Below, in pieces: positions 46,557 through 58,100 of a stretch of DNA of 64,000 nucleotides. The stretch's first letter is position 1; every line of letters starts with the position of its first letter. The DNA is taken from the NCBI GenBank assembly GCA_028826165.1, contig JAPDFW010000016.1:1-64000 (forward strand), written 5' to 3'. The translations under genes were made by a program, and so were the position numbers. This stretch comes from Anaeramoeba ignava BMAN. Its lineage: Eukaryota > Protista > Anaeramoebae. The notes below the pieces were generated by a model that ran no database searches, was not told where the DNA came from, and was given only the letters and a program-made list of their open reading frames with translations.

Positions 46557-49402
46557 TTAATTCCAAAATTGGGAATTTTGATGATTTTCAAAGTTGTTAA
46601 GTTTATTAAAATTATCAAATGGCATTGTTGTTTCTTGAGGTTGAGGTTGATTAGCGAACATATAAGGAGGAGCATAATATCGATTTTGATTTGTGAATTC
46701 TTGAGGATAAAAACCGTAATATGATGGGAAATTAAACTGAGGATAAACAAACGGAGGATTTTGGAAGTTGAAAAATTGTTCGTTTGGCTGAACCGCATAA
46801 ACAAATTGAGGAGATGAATTCTGAGATGGAAATGAGGGGAAAACTTTTCTTCTCTTTGTTTCAATGTCTTCGATCGCTTCCAAAAGAAGGTTGATTTTTT
46901 CTTGTTTTATTATTGGTTGATTCACTTGCTTTTTAGATTGAACTGGCAAATCTTCTTTTCTTTTTTTGCTTTTTTTTGTTTTTCTTGGTTTTTGAGTTTG
47001 CTTTGTTTTGGTGTTTCTTTTGTAGTTGATTTGTGGCTTTTTTGGGATTGAAAGAAGAGATGTTAAAAACTTCCCTAAAGTGACATTTTCTGAGATTTCG
47101 TTAAATTTGATGATTTTTGGTGATGAAAATTCAAATGGTGGTGGATTTCTGTTGAGAGGATCATTTGGATCAGAATTTGGGAAAGTTGCCAAGTAATTTT
47201 GTTTCAATAAATTTTGGATATTCGATGTCAGTTTTGATGTCATTTCGCTTTGTTTTTTGTTTTTGATTGTTTGATTTTTAAGTCGAAGTTTAAGTTGTTC
47301 TGACATTTCGAGTAATTGAAGGATTTTTGCTCTTTTTTGTTTATGAATTTCTACAATTTTGCGAGAGAAAGAATCAACTGAAGCTAGAATTTTAGTTTGA
47401 TTTTTGCGAAGTGTTACTGCTCCTTTTCTTTTGTTTGTTTCTGTGATTAATCCAAGTCCTTTGAATACTGATAAGACTGTACAGATTCTTTGTCGAGCGA
47501 AGCCTGTGTTTTCTGAGAGTTGTTCTCTTGTTTGTGGTTCTAAATATTTTATTTAGATTTTTTTAAATATTGATTTAATATTTTATTTAATATTTTATTT
47601 AATATTTATTTAAATATTGATTTAAATATTGATTTAAATATTGATTTAAATATTGATTTAAATATTGATTTAAAATATTGATTTAAATATTGATTTAAAT
47701 ATTGATTTAAATATTTGATTTAAATATTTGATTTAAATATTTATTTAAATATTTGATTTAAATATTTGATTTAAATATTTGATTTAAATATTTGATTTAA
47801 ATATTGATTTAAATATTGATTTAAATATTTTATTTAAATATTTAATTTAAATATTTATTTAAATATTTATTTAAATATTGATTTAAATATTTGATTTAAA
47901 TATTTGATTTAAATATTGATTTAATATTGATTTAAATATTGATTTAAATATTTGATTTAAATATTTGATTTTAAATATTTGATTTAAATATTGATTTAAA
48001 TATTTATTTAAATATTAATTTAAATATTTAATTTAAATATTTATTTAAATATTTATTTAAATATTTTATTTAAATATTGTTGATTTAAATATTTTTATTT
48101 TAAATATTAATTTAAATATTTATTTAAATATTTAATTTAAATATTCATTTTAATATTAATTTAAATATTTATTTAAATATTAATTTAAATATTTATTTAA
48201 ATATTCAATTTAAATATTTATTTAAATATTAATTTAAATATTTATTTAAATATTCAATTTAAATATTGATTTAAATATTTTATTTAAAATTTATTTAAAT
48301 ATTTATTAAATATTTATTTAAATATTTATTAAATATTTATTTAATATTGATTTAAATATTAATTTAAATATTTGATTTAAATATTGATTTAAATATTTAT
48401 TTAAATATTGATTTAATATTGATTTAAAAATTATTGATTTAAATATTGATTTAAATATTGATTTAAATATTGATTTAAATATTGATTTAAATATTGATTT
48501 AATATTGATTTAAATATTTGATTTAAATATTGATTTAAATATTTGATTTAATTATTTGATTTAAATATTGATTTAAATATTTATTTAAATATTGATTTAA
48601 ATATTGATTTAAATATTTATTTAAATATTAATTTAAATATTGATTTAAATATTTGATTTAAATATTTATTTAAATATTAATTTAAATATTGATTTAAATA
48701 TTTGATTTGAATATTGATTTAAATATTTGATTTAAATATTGATTTAATTATTGATTTAAATATTGATTTAATATTGATTTAAATATTGATTTAAATATTT
48801 TATTTAATATTGATTTAAATATTGATTTAAATATTGATTTAAATATTGATTTAAAATTGATCAAAAATTAATTGAATTTTTCTTATTTATTTTTTTTTAT
48901 TAAGGTTCACTTGTTCAATATTTAAAAAAGGAAAAAAAAGGAAAAAAAATTTTTAAATACCTTTTTTAAGTTCTTTTATAATCAAGAAACAAAGCATATA
49001 AATGGTTCTAACAAGTCTATTTCTTTGCAAATGGTCAAGTAATTGAGGACTTCCAACAAAATCACTAGTTTCTAAAGGAGAACCACCTAAAAAAACATAA
49101 GACCAAAACGGATTCAAAACGAACTTTTTATGTTGAGGTTGAGATTGTGATTGTGATTGAGTTTGTGATTGAGTTTGAGTTTTTTCCGCATATTTTTGTT
49201 CAATAAATAAACCAACTCTTGTAAATAAACCAACTAATCTACTTAAATTAATCGGAAATAATTCAGTGTCTTTTTGGGGGTGTTGTTCAGTAAATGCTTT
49301 TAAAACTTCTTCTAATACGAATACTTTTGATACTTTTGGTGAGGTAAATAAAAATACTCCAAGATCATCAACAACTTGATAAAAATCTAAGCAATTTAGC
49401 AT
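46557..49402 (-). CDS. Winged-helix (loosely E2F/DP-like) putative transcription factor; exons 49402-48961 and 47539-46557
   Basis: GTATTT donor at 48960 and TTTAG acceptor at 47540 join in phase 1 to give IKELKKEPQTREQLSENTGFARQRICTVLSVFKGLGLITE (wHTH pattern), then a coiled coil and a Q/N/P/Y-rich tail. Confidence 0.7.
47540..48960 (-). repeat. 1.4 kb intron made of ~12-bp TTTAAATATTGA repeats
   Basis: Same repeat family as the CDC6 intron; bounded by GT/AG on the minus strand. Confidence 0.85.
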
Positions 49403-49994
49403 TTTGTTGTTTTAATTTTTTTTTAAAAGAATAAAAAATAATTGAAAAATTTTTGTTTTTGTTTTTGTTTTTGTTTTTGTTTTGAAATAAATTTAAGAAA
49501 ATTAAAATTAAGTTGAAAAACAATAATTGAAAAAAAAAATCAAAATGAAAATTAAAAAAAAAGCAAGAAAACTAAGTAAAAAAATGAAAGAAAAAAAAAT
49601 AAAAAAAAATTTTTTTTTAATTAAATAAATTAATTAACCAAATTAAAAAATTTAATTGTAAAAAAACCGCCAAATGTTATCTAATTTATTCCAACTCATC
49701 CTTATTTTTCAATAAAATAATTTTACTTGAGTTGGAAAAAACAAGTGGAAAGTAAATAGATCAATCTTAATTCAAATTTCCTTTTAAATTTTTTTATTTA
49801 TTTTTTTTTTATTTTCCAATTCAAACTCTTCTTTTTTTTATTTATTTTTTTTTTTTAATTAATTACTATTAAGAAAAATTTATTTTTATTTATTTTTTTT
49901 TTTTTTGATCGCTTTATTTTCAACAAACCAATTTTTTAAATAAAAAATCCAAAATCCAAAAAAAAAAAAACAAATAAAAACCAACCAACTAAAC

Positions 49995-51280
49995 AAATAA
50001 ATAAATATAAATCTAAATATAAATATAAATCTAAATATAAATCTAAATCTAAATTTAAATATAAATATAAATATAAATATAAATATAAATATAAATATAA
50101 ATATAAATATAAATATAAATATAATTATAAATATAAATATAAATATAAATATAAATATAAATATAAATATAAATATAAATATAAATATAAATATAAATAT
50201 AAATATAAATATAAATATAAATATAAATATAAATCTAAATCTAAATCTAAATATAAATCTAAATATAAATATAAATATAAATATAAATATAAATCTAAAT
50301 ATAAATATAAATATAAATCTAAATATAAATCTAAATCTAAATCTAAATATAAATATAAATATAAATCTAAATCTAAATCTAAATCTAAATCTAAATCTAA
50401 ATCTAAATCTAAATCTAAATATAAATCTAAATATAAATCTAAATCTAAATCTAAATCTAAATATAAATATAAATATAAATCTAAATATAAATATAAATAT
50501 AAATCTAAATCTAAATCTAAATCTAAATCTAAATCTAAATATAAATATAAATATAAATCTAAATATAAATATAAATATAAATCTAAATCTAAATCTAAAT
50601 ATAAATATAAATCTAAATCTAAATCTAAATCTAAATCTAAATATAAATATATATATAAATATAAATATAAATCTAAATCTAAATATAAATATAAATATAA
50701 ATATAAATATAAATATAAATCTAAATCTAAATCTAAATCTAAATCTAAATCTAAATATATATATAAATATAAATATAAATATAAATATAAATATAAATCT
50801 AAATATAAATATAAATATAAATCTAAATATAAATATAAATATAAATATAAATATAAATATAAATCTAAATCTAAATCTAAATCTAAATCTAAATCTAAAT
50901 CTAAATATATATATAAATATAAATATAAATCTAAATCTAAATATAAATCTAAATCTAAATATAAATATAAATATAAATCTAAATATAAATCTAAATATAA
51001 ATATAAATATAAATATAAATATTAATCTAAATCTAAATATAAATATAAATCTAAATATAAATATAAATATAAATATAAATATAAATATAAATATAAATAT
51101 AAATATAAATATAAATATAAATATAAATCTAAATATAAATATAAATATAAATATAAATATAAATATAAATATAAATATAAATATAAATATAAATATAAAT
51201 ATAAATATAAATATAAATATAAATCTAAATCCAAATCCAAATCTAAATCTAAATATAAATATAAATATAAATCTAAAATG
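49995..51280. repeat. (TAAATA/TAAATC)n hexamer microsatellite
   Basis: Almost indel-free two-variant hexamer array. Confidence 0.93.
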
Positions 51281-51389
51281 GAAATTCAACAGTTTAATTA
51301 TTTTTATTTTTATGGTTGTTTTTGTTTTTGTTTTTATGTTTGTTGTTTTTGTTTTTAAAAAATCAAAATGTTTTAAAAAAAATAAAAGA

Positions 51390-52052
51390 TCAAAAATAAT
51401 TATTAGTTTTTAACAAAGAATTTGTTGTTTCCTTTTGCAATTTATCATTTAAAGCCTGATTTTCAGCAAGAAGTTTTTGGATCGTTTTTTGAAAAATTTC
51501 TGTTTGTTGACGAAGTTTTTGAGCTTCTTCTTCAAGATTTTGATAAAATTGTTTCTTTCTTTCTCTTGATTTCTTTGCATTCAATCGATTACGAAGTTGT
51601 CTTCTTTTCACTTTTTCTTCAGGATTTAGATTTGCTGCTTCAGATTTAGTCATTTCTCGAAGAAGATTTTCTTCTGAATTTTGTTTTTCTAATTCGTTTT
51701 TTTCATTTGATTTTTTTTTGCTTTTTTCTGTTCTTCTTGATTTAATTCCGTTTTCGTCATTTTGTTCCACTTTTTTTTTCTTCTTTCTTTCTTTTCGATT
51801 CTGGTTTTTTTGAGTAATTTGTTTTCTTTTTTGAGACTTTTCTAAAATTTCTAATTCTTTTCTTTTTAATTCGTTTTCTTTTTGCATTAATTGTTGTTTT
51901 TCTAATTCAAGTTGAAAAGAAATTGTTTGAAATTGAGAAAGAAAATCTGAAAATGTTTGATTTTGTAAATTTTGTGAGTTTTGATTTGCAGAAAAGGCTG
52001 TAAAAGCTAAATTTGTTTCAGGAAACTGAAAACTTGATTCAAAAATAGACAT
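51390..52052 (-). CDS. bZIP transcription factor (ATF/CREB/XBP1-like basic region)
   Basis: LNPEEKVKRRQLRNRLNAKKSRERKKQFYQNLEEEAQKLRQQTEIFQKTIQKLLAENQALNDKL; likely ATG at 52052 (MSIFESS). Confidence 0.88.
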   Translation of the reverse strand: MSIFESSFQFPETNLAFTAFSANQNSQNLQNQTFSDFLSQFQTISFQLELEKQQLMQKENELKRKELEILEKSQKRKQITQKNQNRKERKKKKKVEQNDENGIKSRRTEKSKKKSNEKNELEKQNSEENLLREMTKSEAANLNPEEKVKRRQLRNRLNAKKSRERKKQFYQNLEEEAQKLRQQTEIFQKTIQKLLAENQALNDKLQKETTNSLLKTNNYF

Positions 52053-52189
52053 TTTTAAAATTGAAAAAAGATTTTTTTTTTTAAAAAGATTTTTCTTTTT
52101 AAAATGAACCAAAAAAAAAAGAATCATTCAAACGTCATTTGTTTATTTATTCTTTTATTCTTTTAATTTTTTTTTTTCCGATTATCAAG

Positions 52190-52197
52190 TGACGTCA
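52190..52197. promoter_or_regulatory. Palindromic CRE (TGACGTCA) upstream of the bZIP gene
   Basis: Exact ATF/CREB consensus about 140 bp upstream of the ATG, with a second ACGTCAT at about 52132-52138, in very GC-poor DNA. Confidence 0.55.
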
Positions 52198-52332
52198 TTT
52201 AAATTTAAATTAAAAAATCCAAATTTAAAATTTTAATTTAAATTTTATTTTTATTTTTAATTATTTTTGTTTTTAAAAAACTGATTGATTTTGAAGTAAA
52301 AAAGAAAAAGAAAAAGTAAAAAAGAAAAAAAT

Positions 52333-53178
52333 CTACATATTTTGTTTTTTCCTTAAAAATAATTGTTCAGATAAATCACGAATTTGATTCTGAAGTTGTT
52401 CATTTCGAAGTTGAAATTGTTGTTTAATTTTTTCCATTTCTTGATGATGAGTATTTTCCAAAGTATTTAAAGCTTCTTCCAAATCGGAAAGTTGATTTTG
52501 AATAAACTCAACTAAAGGTTCAACTCTTTCTTTAATCTTTTCAATTTGATAGTGTTTCAATTCTTGAATTTGAGGATTTGGTGGAGGATCTGAGTTAATC
52601 AATCTATCATCAGTTTGAATATTTTGAATATTTTGAATATTTTGAATATTTTGAGAATTTTGAATATTTTGAATAGTTTGAATATTTTGAATAGTTTGAA
52701 TATTTTTTAAATTTTGAATATTTTGAACATTTTGAACATTTTGAAAATTATTAAAATTTTGGATATTTTGAATATTTTGAATATCATTTGGATTTTGAAT
52801 ATCATTTGAATTATGGTTTTCATTTGGATTTTGAGGATCATTTAAATTTTGAGTATTTTTTAAATTATCGAAATTTTTTAAATTATCGAAATTTTCTCCA
52901 TTTTGAATACTTTCTGGATTTTTGGGAATATTCAATGAATGAATGGGTTTAGACATTTGCTGAGAAATATTATTGTTTTGTCTAGATATTTGACTATTGA
53001 TTGCTGCAGCTAAAAGAAGGAATTGTTGTGAAGCCTGAAGTAGTATTCTTGATAACTTTGGTTTATTTTCAACGTGAAAATCAAATAATCCTGAAGGATT
53101 AAAGAGATCAAATTCAGTTGAAAATTCATCATTATTTTTGATTTCGTTTCCTGGAATTTTATGTTCTCCAATATTCAT
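52333..53178 (-). CDS. Hypothetical protein with (NIQ)n low-complexity region and C-terminal coiled coil
   Basis: 281-aa ATG ORF with coding-like composition. Confidence 0.65.
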   Translation of the reverse strand: MNIGEHKIPGNEIKNNDEFSTEFDLFNPSGLFDFHVENKPKLSRILLQASQQFLLLAAAINSQISRQNNNISQQMSKPIHSLNIPKNPESIQNGENFDNLKNFDNLKNTQNLNDPQNPNENHNSNDIQNPNDIQNIQNIQNFNNFQNVQNVQNIQNLKNIQTIQNIQTIQNIQNSQNIQNIQNIQNIQTDDRLINSDPPPNPQIQELKHYQIEKIKERVEPLVEFIQNQLSDLEEALNTLENTHHQEMEKIKQQFQLRNEQLQNQIRDLSEQLFLRKKQNM

Positions 53179-53514
53179 TAAAATGATTTGCTAGTTTTTT
53201 TTTTTTTTTTAAATTGAGAAAAGTGGCAAAAATTAAAAAAAAAAGAAAAATGAATTTTTTATTTTTTATTTTTGATCTGTTTTTTTTTTATATTTTTATT
53301 TTGAAACGTGAGTTTTTGTTTTATTTAAGTAAATTTAAAAAATAAATTGTAAATTCTATTTAAAAATTTAATTCAATTCAATTTTATTTTATTTTATTTT
53401 GGGGTAAATTTTTGAATTATGAATTTTTTAATTGACAAAAAAAAAAAAAAAAAATTAAAAGGAAAAAAAAAGGAATTTTGTTTTGAATCTTTAATTATTT
53501 TAATTTGTTTTAAA

Positions 53515-55080
53515 ACAATAAATTTGTTTATAAATTTTATTATAAATTTTATTATAAATTTGTTTATAAATATGTTTATAAATTTCTTTCATTTTTTGTT
53601 TATAAATTTGTTAATAAATTTGTTTATAAATTTCCTTCATTTTGTGTTTATAAATTTGTTTATAAATTTGTTTATAAATTTGTTTATAAATTTTATTATA
53701 ATTTTGTTAATAAATTTGTTTATAAATTTGTTTATAAATTTGTTTATAAATTTGTTTATAAATTTGTTTATAAATTTGTTTATAAATTTTATTATAATTT
53801 TGTTTATAAATTTGTTTATAAATTTGTTTATAAATTTTATTATAAATTTGTTTATAAATTTGTTTATAAATTTGTTTATAAATTTCCTTCATTTTGTTTA
53901 TAAATTTGTTTATAAATTTGTTTATAAATTTGTTTATAAATTTGTTTATAAATTTGTTTATAAATTTGTTTATAAATTTGTTTATAAATTTGTTTATAAA
54001 TTTGTTTATAAATTTGTTTATAAATTTGTTTATAAATTTGTTTATAAATTTGTTTATAAATTTGTTTATAAATTTGTTTATAAATTTGTTTATAAATTTG
54101 TTTATAAATTTGTTTATAAATTTGTTTATAAATTTGTTTATAAATTTGTTTATAAATTTGTTTATAAATTTGTTTATAAATTTGTTTATAAATTTGTTTA
54201 TAAATTTGTTTATAAATTTGTTTATAAATTTGTTTATAAATTTGTTTATAAATTTGTTTATAAATTTGTTTATAAATTTGTTTCATTTTGTGTTTATAAA
54301 TTTGTTTATAAATTTGGTTATAAATTTGTTAATAAATTTCCTTCATTTTGTGTTAATAAATTTCCTTCATTTTATGTTTATAAATTTGTTTATAAATTTG
54401 TTTCATTTGTGGTTATAAATTTCCTTCATTTTATGTTTATAAATTTGTTTATAAATTTGTTTATAAATTTGTTTATAAATTTGTTAATAAATTTGTTTAT
54501 AAATTTGTTTATAAATTTGTTTATAAATTTGTTAATAAATTTGTTAATAAATTTGTTTCTAAATTTGTTTATAAATTTGTTTATAAATTTGTTTATAAAT
54601 TTGTTTCATTTTGTGTTTATAAATTTGTTTATAAATTTGTTTCTAAATTTGTTTATAAATTTGTTTATAAATTTGTTTATAAATTTGTTTCATTTTGTGT
54701 TTATAAATTTCTTTCATTTTTTGTTAATAAATTTGTTTATAAATTTCCTTCATTTTTTGTTAATAAATTTGTTAATAAATATGTTTATAAATTTGTTTAT
54801 AAATTTGTTTATAAATTTCTTATTTTTTCTTAATAAATTTCCTTCATTTTATGTTAATAAATTTGTTTATAAATTTGTTAATAAATTTCCTTCATTATAT
54901 GTTTATAAATTTGTTTATAAATTTGTTTCATTTTGTGTTTATAAATTTCTTTCATTTTATGTTTATAAATTTGTTTATAAATTTGTTTCATTTTGTGTTT
55001 ATAAATTTGTTTATAAATTTGTTTATAAATTTCTTTCATTTTTTCTTAATAAATTTGTTAATAAATGTGTTTATAAATGT
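53515..55080. repeat. 12-bp minisatellite (TTTGTTTATAAA)n
   Basis: Perfect core at about 53895-54280 with degenerate flanks; lies between divergent genes. Confidence 0.93.
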
Positions 55081-55171
55081 TTTATTTTATGTTTATTGAA
55101 AAAAAAAATGAAAAAAAAATTTTTTTTTTAAATTTTTTTTAATTTTCATTTTTTTCATTCATAAAAAAAAA

Positions 55172-58100
55172 ATGAAAAATATTCAAAAAGAAAAAATTCT
55201 AATAGAATACAAACCAAAACAAATTCCTCGATTAGCTTCAATGCTAAGAGTGTTTCTGCACAACAAAAAAGAAGAAACAAATGAAAATCAAGAAAAAAAC
55301 GAAGATGAAAAAAAAACAATTGGATTTGATTATGAAAACGAACAGACAAAAAGAACAAAAAGATTCCAACAGAAAAAAAGCATTGAAGAAACAGTGCGGT
55401 TTAAAACCAACGCAGTTGAGCTGAAATGGAGCACTTTTTCACGCGAAATCAATGAATCAGAAACTCAAGGAATTCGAAAACAATTCAATAATTTTTTGGA
55501 ATTAATTTCTAAAATAACGCAAGTAAAAACTCAGGAAGGACTGCATAAAACTGCATACCAAGTTTACCAAACGTTGGTTCGTTTGGATCTCTCAAAAAAA
55601 GAAAAACTCGAAACCCTTATAATTGGATTTGGAAATGAATGGCAGGAAAAAGTTAATTTTTTCGATTTATTTGATTTGGCTCAATTTTTAACAAATTGGA
55701 GAATAAAAGCAATCGATGATTCTAATAGAAATGGAGGCTTTGTTTCTCATTCTTTTCTTCCCAAAAAACAACCTCCGCAAAAAAGTACTTATCTTATTGA
55801 AAAACAAAGAGAACGTGATAAAAGAGAACATCAAGAATCAAAAATTAAAGAAAAAAAACAAAAGCAAGAAAAACAAAAAGAAGAACAAGATAAAATCCAA
55901 AAAAAAGAAAGAAAGGAAAAGAAAAAACAAAGGAAACTCGATAGAAAGCAAAAGAAAATAAGCAAAGAAATTGATGAGGAAAAAGAAATGGAAAATAAGA
56001 AAAGAAACAAAAACAATAAGAAATGGAATTTTAAAAAAGATCAAAATCAAAATCAAGATCAAAATCAAAATCAAAATCAAGATAATTTAACTGATACTGA
56101 AGATAATGAAAATATTAATGAAGATGATCAAAATATTAATGAGAATGATGAAAAACCAAAAGAAAAACCTAAAAAACCCAAAAAACACAAAAGAAAAATT
56201 GAGGAAGAAATACCAGAAGTAAAACCCCATTTCCATCAAGAATTTGGAATGGGATTCATTTTTTCAGACTTAAATTCCTATCTTGAAAATGTGAATCTTG
56301 AAGAAGAACGAAAAAAAATCAAAGAATTGCAAGACGAAATCAATCTTCACACTCCCAAAATCAAGGAGCTCAAATTCTCAAAAGCAATTCTTTGGCTCAA
56401 GCAGAATTTATATCAATCTTTTCCAGATAATGAGAGCAACACTGATATTATACTTTCTGTTTGCAAATTGATATGTTCAAAATCAACAAATGAACAAATT
56501 CAAAATGAAATTTTCGATCTTATTGGCGATTTTGATTTAACACAGATTATCATCCATAATAGAGCAAAATTTATTCGGGAATCGATTCATCTCGATTTAC
56601 TTCGTAATCCTTCAGTCATTTTGGATGAAAATTTTCTTGAGGATGAATTCAAATTCGTCAAATCATCCGGAATTATAAAAACAAAACAAGACCAAGAATT
56701 ACTTAAATTTGCCTCAAAATTAGAGAAAAAGGAGCAAATGACAAAAAATCAAAAGAAATCAAAACGCCAAAAATTGCAACAACAAATTGAAGAATTATAT
56801 GGGAATCAACCGCTTCAAATGGAAAGTCCAGTTATTGTTAAAAAACTTGGGAAACGAACAAAAAAACGGAAACCAAAACAAACAAAATCAGTTCGAGAAA
56901 CTGCAAAATGGGTTTCTGATCTATCTCAATATTTACAGAGTTTAGGTTATTCTCAACTTAACAAAGCCGTTACTCTTCCTAAAGGAACAATTCGTAGGAG
57001 TACTGATCAATATGATAATGTTTCTATTCCTGCTCCTAAAATTAAACCTATTCCAAAAGATCGTTTAGTTCCTATTAAAAAATTTGATAAGTGGGCTCGC
57101 CCTGCTTTTGAAGGTTTTACTCATCTTAATGTTATTCAAACAGAAGTTTTTGAAACTGCTTATAATACAAATGAGAATCTTTTAATTTGTGCACCAACTG
57201 GAGCAGGTTAATCCAAAAAATATATAAAAATATTTAAATTCAAAAAAATATTTAAATTCAAAAAAATATTTAAATTCAAAAAATATTTAAATTCAAAACA
57301 ATATTTAAATTCAAAAAATATTTAAATTCAAAAAATATTTAAATTCAAAAAAATATTTAAATTCAAAAAATATTTAAATTCAAAAAAATATTTAAATTCA
57401 AAAAAATTTATATTTATATTTATATTTATATTTATAAAATTCAAAACAATATTTAAATTTAAAAAATATTTAAATTCAAAACAATATTTAATTAAAAAAT
57501 ATTTATATTCAAAAAAATATTTAAATTCAAAAAATATTTAATTAAAAAATATTTAAATTCAAAAAAATATTTAAATTCAAAACAATATTTAATTAAAAAA
57601 TATTTAAATTTAAAAAATATTTAAATTCAAAACAATATTTAAATTCAAAACAATATTTAAATTTAAAAAATATTTAAATTCAAAAAAATTTAAATTCAAA
57701 AATATTTAAATTCAAAACAATATTTAAATTCAAAAAAATATTTAAATTCAAAACAATATTTAAATTTAAAAAAATATTTATATTTATATTTATATTTATA
57801 TTTTAAATATTTAGGAAAAAGTCTCCCTAATAACGCAATAGTTTATACTCCAAAAGGCCCAAAAAGAAATGGTGATCTAAAACCAAATGATTTTGTTTGC
57901 ACTCCTGATGGCAAAATATCCAAAATTTTACAAATATTTCCTCAAGGAATTTTAAACATATACCAAATAACTTTCCAAGATGGTGATAAAGTAGAATGCA
58001 GTGGAGATCATTTATGGTTTATAAATGATAAAGCAAAATCAACTTCGAATATTTACACAACAAAACAAATCATACAAAGACTTAAAGAAACTAACTCTCA

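Noticed and set aside
49886-51289. 467-aa FI/FR ORF and overlapping LY/LD ORF
   Set aside because: Translation of a stop-free hexamer microsatellite; no coding signal.
53419-55131. 570-aa FINL/VYKF ORF and overlapping KQIY ORFs
   Set aside because: Product of the 12-bp TTTGTTTATAAA minisatellite, open in several frames on both strands.
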